NCBI GenBank assembly: GCA_965645245.1
Contig: OZ287068.1
Location: 1,364,001-1,428,000, forward strand
Direction: 5' to 3'
From: Massalongia carnosa
Lineage: Eukaryota
DNA length: 64,000 nt
The position numbers and the translations under genes were made by a program. Below the pieces are notes generated by a model, which was given only the letters and a program-made list of their open reading frames with translations, had not been told where the DNA came from and did no database searches. This document shows, piece by piece, positions 56,396 to 64,000 of the stretch (position 1 is the first letter of the stretch; each line of letters opens with the position of its first letter).

Positions 56396-59021
56396 ATGTC
56401 CGCCACAAATAGCCGTACTGGTGTTATACCTGCAAGCCTATCATTCTTCGCTATTTACAATCCTTCCCTGAGCAGTAATGACGAGAGTCTTCAGGATCAG
56501 CTTGTGTATTATTATTCTAACAATGAGAAAGAGGGAAAGAGTAAGGCAACCGGTGGTGATATCCAGTCCGAGCAAGCTCGCGAGGCTGTGAATGAAAGAC
56601 TCCGACAAATAGGCTTGGCCCAAGGGATGGTCGAGTTCGCAAAGTGCTTCTTCCTTAGTGGAGTAGGTAGTACGCCATGAACTGAGTGTAGGAAATAGGG
56701 GTTTCTCAAATGGCGAACCAGTAGAAGCAATTGAGACCGAAAAAAGTAGGATAGTTTTGCATGAGCTTGAGCCTGGTTGGTGGATCTTAGCAGTATACCA
56801 TCTATTCTCCTAACACCTACAATTCTGATCTTCATTGGTAGTCCATCGGTCTAACTCGCATAATAAGCTCATCCGAAACAACCTCAAATACGACTGTCTC
56901 TTCGAAGATCGGTTTTACGACCGAGTACTCGACCCGTGAAGTATCCCCACCCGAACTCTTGCTACAGCAGCTTCTCCGAGCGCATCAGATATTCCTCCTT
57001 CATCATGCTCCTACCCTAGCCGATTTATACATACTCCTGCCGCGGAAAAAGTTTTGCCGCTCCTTAAAGCTTTTCTGGGATGACTATATTTGGGGTTGGG
57101 ACGTGTTGTTGAACGGCAATCCTGCAATCGATGTTTTCAATGGGCTTAAGCTTGCTGCAGGTGGGGAGCTAGGGATAGGCGTTGGAGAAGAAGAATGGGG
57201 GAGTGGCGAACGAGAGGTCTTGGAAGGCTTCATTGAAAGAACGGATGGTCTCATTGATTTGATAGTGAGTAGGTTTGGGGATGCGCCACAAGCGGACTTG
57301 GAGACAGAACAAGATCATGGGCCCACTAGTCATCTCTCTACCTTTGGAAGGATTCCCATATCTGATTTTCAAGGTTCTACTCAGCATCTAAGACCTTCTG
57401 ATGGCGTTATTTTCTCCGGAAATGGATCAATCTCAAGAGTATCGGTGAAAGGGATCTCAAGCTGGGTAGAATCATTACACAAGCATGGGTCAGCTGCTTA
57501 TGGCATTCGATATAATCCAGCTGCAGCCCGTCGGAGAAAAGAGCGTAAGCAGAGTCACGCCAAGCAAAGCGCGGAAAGGAACCATAAAAATTCTTCCCAC
57601 TATCAAACATCTAAGCACAATACGAGCTTTACTTCTGAGCATCAACCTACCCCCCCCGCCGGCATTCCTGCTCCCATTGTTAGAGCGACGAACTCGTTAT
57701 CAAATGCAGATAAGAGCACCCTATTATCTTCTGAAGGGATTGCACCAAGAAATAGAAACGAAAGTCATCCAGGGCAAACGGGGGACACTCAATCTGGAGC
57801 AGAAACGCTGATGAAATACCTCACCCTTGGGGTCTATGGGTCTAAGTGGGGCATTCCATTTAGAAGTTCTAGTGTTCCGCCAAATATTTCTCACTCTTCT
57901 GACAACAGCCGCGTTGGTGCAAGCTCACGTCCGAGCAGCAACAATTTAGGATCTCGGGGGACCTGTCACGGTTATTTTCTTATTGGCCTCCAAGGTGGAT
58001 TAGACGAAGACATTCAAATTGAGAATGACAAGCAAGACGGAGGGACTGGAAAAGATCATGAAAGTTCTCCTGACAGTCAAAGCTGGAATACTCGGACTAT
58101 GTTGAGAACGCTTTATGTGGAACGAGCAAAACAAAAAGTTGCCTCATCTAGCAGCGCTACGGCCATGAGCAGTAATGCCATATTCGGTATGTGTACCCGT
58201 CACGTGCGAAGAACAATCACTAAGGCTACGTGAAATAGTCAATGAGCCTAGTGGGGATAGTTATTACGATCGCGTCCGTGTTGTTGTCTATGTGGTAAGT
58301 TGTGGGCAGGTGGTCCTTAACGCTTGATTTAACCTTCAAATAGCAAAAACCCTTTACCTTTACCTTTCTTTTCGAGTTACACACCTATTCCATAGCGATG
58401 CCTTCCTTTTATCATTCGCTCCATCATCAGCTTGGGCCTCTCCAGCGACCTCTTCTGGCCTCTACGTCTCCTGACAAAGTTTCTGAGCGCCTTTGGGAAG
58501 CATCTGCACCAAAGAGTACCTCGTCTGCGGAAAGCTCTCAACCTATCTGTGACCTCGTATACGACCCTATAAATCTAACAGTACACACCACAATTCCAAA
58601 TATCCCTGAACCCACCGGTGCCGCACCCAAAGCTTCCGACCCCGGAGTTACCTCCTGGACGCGGGTAGAGGCGTTGAGCGTGCATTCCCAAATCCTCAAC
58701 ACCTACGCGTCTACGAGGCGAAATAGCCTGGACCTAGAGAGAACGTGTAAAACCAGCCGCGGCTGGTGGGTGGTCTGGATGCGACTCCCCCAACCGCCAG
58801 GAGCGCAATACAACCACGCCGGCGGCGTCCATCGCGAGGCGTTTTTGATCCGCAAAGCAAGCGAGTACGTCTCGCCAACGGCACAAAAACCGCGTGGGAG
58901 GTTTGGCTTTGAAATTGGCCGAGCGAGCGCGGGAAACGGGTGGGGCCCCGGCAAATTGGCGGAGGGGATTGGCATTGATGCGCGGCAGTACATTGACGGT
59001 CTTCTCAGTCTCAATCGATGA
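56396..59021 (+). CDS. CCZ1: Vacuolar fusion protein Ccz1 (longin domain), multi-exon
   Basis: LSFFAIYNPSL, NERLRQIGLAQGMVEFA, ELEPGWWIL, WDVLLNGNPA, EEWGSGEREVLEGF, KTSRGWWVVWMR, GIDARQYIDGLLSLNR. Confidence 0.9.
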
Positions 59022-61226
59022 GTTTTGAGGGTTTTCTAAAGTTTTCACGGAGTTTGCATTAGGCACATCAGCCAGTTCCATGGCAGCGTGGGTTCTTGTC
59101 GGTGCCATGTCGATGAACATGATCCGTGTAGCTGGTTTCAGCCACCAACCCATACGGAAGCGATCTTCATTGTCCAGCAACAATGCTAACATTTCTTTCT
59201 CCTTCCTCTCCGCTGTCCTCTTAGAATCCTGTATCATCTCCGCCCTCTCCGTCAACGTAGATCGATACAGCCACAACACGAACAAAGCTCCCCCCTCTGC
59301 AAGCACAACCTTCCTTGCTCCGATCATATAGAAGTTCGACTTTCAACGTCCCGAAAACGACGGTAAAGTTGCCGCCAGAATCCCTTTCCAACGCATTGTC
59401 TACTTCATCGATCGTCCACAACCCACGTCCACCATGTCTACCCTGGCAATGCTTTTGCTCGGGAATATCGTAGGAGACTAGAATGGGAAGTTAGGTAGAT
59501 AATTAGGTAGAGAGGAATGTATACAATCTGAGGGAGGAACGAAAGATTCCCCTCGACGCCTGGTATGTACAAGCAGATAGGTTCATAACCGGTCCATACG
59601 GAAAAGGCTCTGCAGTCTGGTAATGACGAATCGATCCCGCACGAACAATCGACAGTTTTCGAGTCACACAGTTCTGGGTAACGTAGGAAACGAACAGGGC
59701 AGAGGTAAGGTTACAGGCTAGGTACCTGTGGTGCATGAACACACCTAGAGCTCATCATCATATGCTGGTGATCTGGTTGATCAGCAATCCAGCATAACTA
59801 GGTATATGCCAGCATCATGCATTGCAAACCCGCTGTCGGGATGGTCAACTCCCAATCACCTCGAAATCCCTCGGACATGACAAAACCACCGAACACGGTT
59901 CTCGAGAGGGTGTTTGGAAGATCCAGTTCTTCCTCCTCCACCGCCTCGGTTATTTGTTTCTCATTCTCCAGAAACCCCCTCCTCCCACCGAGCATGAAGC
60001 TTCAATCCAAAACGAAAAGCGCGGAACATGTGACGAGGGATGTGGCTGTGGCAGTTTACATCAAGATTCTGTGAACCGACATCCCCCGATCCCCGACCTA
60101 TAACTACCCAGCGACGTACCTCACCGCCCGGCGGATATGCACGGCGTTGCGGATGAGCCCATCCGTGTCGGGCGAGTTTACAGAGTATGGAGTGATGGGG
60201 TGCAGAGTACTGGGGGCCATGTCCTAGGATTTCAAGCTCCAGGAGTTGCAACCGCCCAACAACAGGGTCAAAAAGGGAGAGCCGTGCATTTCTTTCCATC
60301 CATAGACATTAAGGTGATTACGTTAGCCTGCAGAGTTGGATAGGCTGACGTTGTGGACATAGATACAGAGTACCTACATAGATACATAGCTGTTTCATAT
60401 GGATTACTTTTCAGTTGTCAGGTACGGGAATTACTCCCTGAGACAAACAGCCTTTTTGGGGGTGACGAGACGAGAATTTAAGATTGCCTCCTGAAGTAGC
60501 GTCAGGGCGATTGGGAGACCGATTGGATGACAATTCATCTCCGTGGACCCCATTTGTTCTTCCGGAGTTAAATCCGAGCTGGCCCCGACATGGGTGGGTT
60601 TGCTTCGCTGGCTGGTTGGCTGATTAGCTGGTTGGCTAATTGGCGCCCCTGCATCTACTTATAAGTATTACATTATCACTTTACTCGCTACGGCACAAGT
60701 TACCCTAATTTCCTGATCCGCCCTCGTCTCAACTCGTCTCAGCTCGTCTCCTGATTAGTGATCAGTGCCGGACCGAATGTGCCTAAACCCTAACTAACAA
60801 CCCCCCCAAAACAATTTCTCCCCATTAAAACCCATCCCTTCCCAATCTTCGGCTGTTTCTCGCTTTCTTTTTTTACCTCTCTCACTCACTCGCTCTTTTG
60901 TCACTCTTTCGATCGTATCATCATCAGTCCACCTTCTCCGGCAAAAGGTATCACGTTCACACAACAGTCATTTATATCTGCTCCTAGCGAACAGCTTCCA
61001 TTCCTTCGTTGAGCTCCCGCCCCAATCCCTGGACGTTACATTCCTTGAACTCCCCCCCCAACCCTAAGCCGCTCCTCAATTCTGACAAACGGTACAAAAC
61101 CAAACACTTCCCGAAAAGACGCTTCAAACAACATACGATCGCGAGTCGACCGTATCACATTCTTTTCGATCAGAGAAATATATCTGCAATTTTTGACCAG
61201 TACATACCCCGAAAATTTGAAAGAAA

Positions 61227-62305
61227 ATGAAGCTCACGACCATTGCCGTGCTCTCTTCGACCCTTGCGCTCGTCGCAGCTCACCCACTCGAGGAATTCAA
61301 ACACAAACATAAACGCCACAGGGTTGTGAAAACCGTCGTCGAAGAGGTTGTGGAGACCGTACGCGCCTACACCACGGTTTGGGTTAAAGCTGGAGAACAG
61401 CCAGCACCAGCGTCAACATCAACCTCCCCTAGCGAGGCGGACAACAATTATTCGTACACCTACAGCTTTGATGATCAATTGAAATCCACCTCGACCAGCA
61501 CGACACCATCCGCAACCGTTGTTCCCCCGGCCCCTTCCACTTCTTCCACTCCACCTACTGTGGTGGTGGAATCTGAGCCGGTTGCATCGTCTACCCCAGC
61601 GCAAATTTCTACCACATCAGCGCCTGTGGTGAAAGAGCCGGAGCCAACGATCGTTCCAGAAACCACTCCACCGCCTGTACAGCAGACTACTCCACTACCT
61701 GTACCACAGACCACTACCCAACCCCCACCAGTAGAAACATCCAGCGTTGAAGCTCCAGCAGTCACTTCCTCTCCATCCTCTGGCTCTGGCTCTGGCTCTG
61801 GCTCCGGCGGTGCATGTGGCGAACTGGGCGGTGATTGTTCAGGGGATTTTACCGTTTATGACATCACCGCTGCAGATATTGGCGCTTGTGGATTTCTGAA
61901 CCATGACGGCACGCTTGAGAACATTGTTGCTCTACCGTGGGGTGAGAAAACTTTTATCTTTGGGATAAATGTATAAGCTAATGGAAACTCTTGTAGAACT
62001 TATGGGCACTCAATCAAACGGCAATCCTTTCTGTGGTCGGAAGATCCAAGTGGAATTGAACGGGAAAACTGCCACCGGGACCGTCATGGACAAGTGCATG
62101 GGCTGCGTAAGTTCTTTCTGGTCCTTTCATGCTCTCTCAGAGTCTTCCCAACCACATGCAACTACGAAGATGCGAAGGACTTTATGTTAATATTATTTGC
62201 GTACAGTCTGGGCAATCAATCGATTGCTCCCACCATCTGTATGACGAGTTGGGAGTCGAATCCGTGGGCCGCTATCACGATGTGAAGTGGCGCTTCGTTT
62301 CCTAA
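61227..62305 (+). CDS. Secreted Ser/Thr/Pro-rich protein with C-terminal expansin-like double-psi beta-barrel (Asp f 7/RlpA-like), 3 exons
   Basis: Signal peptide [56 protein letters not shown]...VKWRFVS*. Confidence 0.9.
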
Positions 62306-63553
62306 GCGGACGAATCTGTCAACGGAGGGGGCGCAGCAATGCCTTTCCGCAAACTTTTCTGGCAGCTTGCACCTTTTTTGCTTTGTTCCCATTTCATGCG
62401 ATCTATTGGAGTAGCCAAGCACGTCTCAATCAAGAATCAAGATTTGCCTAGAGCAACCCATCTTTTGCGTTGGAATGTGGTTGATTCTTTCGTAAGGGAC
62501 CAATGACCGCCAAGTGCGCTGGAAATCTTTAAGAATTCATGCGCGCACAGGCTTTATGGGTTTTGAAAACCAATGACTTGACAAAGAACGAATTGATGGA
62601 TTTCCTTTATTTTTTTTATTATCTTCGAGCCCTAGAGTATCAGGATTAGAATAGCTTTATAAAATCCAAAACTTGTTATAACCCCCACCAACATGATGAA
62701 TCAGCGGAACGCTTTTATGTTATTTATTCTTGACCAGGAAAATCCTTTGTCATTGCGCCCTAGCTTATGCTTCTCCCCTTTTGACGCCTAGAACCACCTT
62801 CGCTTGGATACATGCCATACCTATTCTCTTCTCATGGTCCTCCCCTTTCCCCCCTCCATGGCCCCCTATTTCTAGCTCGTCATCTACAAATTGCCGCTCT
62901 ACTCGCTTATATACAATACAATACCCCCCTGTTAGGATGCTACCGTCTTTGCCGGCCCCGTTTTCACCTTTCTCCTCTCTCTCCCTCCTGTTCTCGATCC
63001 TGTAGGTAGGTAAGTAGGTTTTCCTTTTCTTGCTCGTAACTACGCTCTCTTTGTTTCGGATTTTGTTTCCCCCCCCCCAATTCTCGCTATTCCCATCCCC
63101 TTTACGAAAAGGGAAATAGTGAAAAAACCAATACATACATATTCATGTTACTCACGTACGTAGGCACGAGTCGGGAAAAAAAGGGGGGGGGGTTAGACAT
63201 GGTTAGACAGTGTTTGAGAAAGGTGGTAGAGAGAGAGAGAGAGAGAGAGAGGGAAGTACCACATACTACTTGGTAATAATACAGTACATACGTACATACC
63301 CGCCTAGCCACCTAATTACCTAGCTCCCTAGCTAGCAGGAATTTTTTTTTTGCAGTTTGGGGGCTGGTTATCCCCGCCCGCGCTTGGCTGAATGTTCGTT
63401 GGTTTAGTTGGTTAGGGTTTGCTTGATTGCTTGTGTGGGTTTTGAGAGAGAGAGGAGGGGGAAGAAGAAGAGAAGAAGAAGAAGAAGGGAGTCTATGCAT
63501 GACTGACTAGCTGGTCAAGATAAGAAAATTAAGGTAGAAAAGAATTTCTCTCC

Positions 63554-64000
63554 CTATCCAAACCCACCCCGCTGCCATCGCGGTTTTCCCGTTGCCTCCT
63601 CCCCCCCCCATTTACTAGAGGAAGGAACCTTTCCCCCTCCACTTTCATCTCTTCTCCGCAACGCCCGTTTCCTGCCCGGCCCAAGCCCTCTCCCTCGCTC
63701 GCGCTTCCATCTGCCTACCCCTTGCCTCGGCTTCCAATGCCCTCTCCCGCGCCCGCATCTCAAACTCCGCGTTCCGGGCCGCCCCCTCCAGCGCGCTCGC
63801 CTCAGCCTCCGCTTCCAGCCTCCCCCTCCGATCGCAGCCTCGTCGACTGCGTCGCTCCGCGCGCCGTTCCGCGCGGAGGCACTTGCGTTCGTTCGGCCTT
63901 ACGGGCTTTCCTAGCCGATTTGCGCGCCGCTTTGAGCTCGCGCGCGAAGGTCTTGAGCTCGGCTTTCAGCTCGCGGGAGACGGGCTTGCGCTCGCTGCGG
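63554..64000 (-). CDS. 3' part of an Arg/Glu/Ala-rich coiled-coil protein entering from beyond the window; apparent frameshifts
   Basis: RELKAELKTFARELKAARKSARKARKAER, then EFEMRARERALEAEARGRQMEARARE in a different frame; GC-rich, coding-like; stop position uncertain. Confidence 0.45.

Noticed and set aside
60783..60798. CTAAACCCTAACTAAC telomere-like motif
   Set aside because: Short, in the C/T-rich promoter region of the expansin-like gene, with no supporting structure noticed.

Overview
Intron-rich eukaryotic DNA from a filamentous ascomycete (Pezizomycotina, inferred from gene content, short introns and CTRAC branch sites). The backbone is housekeeping genes: RPS23, PCT1, SNU13, PTC2, FMT1, two SDRs, YCK-type casein kinase 1, DRE2, NUP133, STF2-like, Tctex-1, VTC1, AHC1-like, RSP5, PABPN1/SGN1, CCZ1 and an expansin-like secreted protein. 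The most interesting accessory material is: (1) a head-to-head pair at 34.4-37.0 kb, a PD-(D/E)XK-type nuclease-like gene and an FTA2-family kinase-like gene, each broken by one frameshift near its 5' end, a candidate two-gene nuclease/kinase toxin-antidote module reminiscent of a split Spok; (2) two short elements sharing a CACGCGGGTGACAAAAA-type terminal inverted repeat with 5-bp target-site duplications, a Transib-like MITE signature; (3) a helix-rich non-coding block at 33.0-33.8 kb with a telomere-template-like motif, a speculative telomerase RNA/ncRNA candidate; (4) an internally deleted DUF3638-type pseudogene. All family calls are from motif recognition by eye; no database searches were run.
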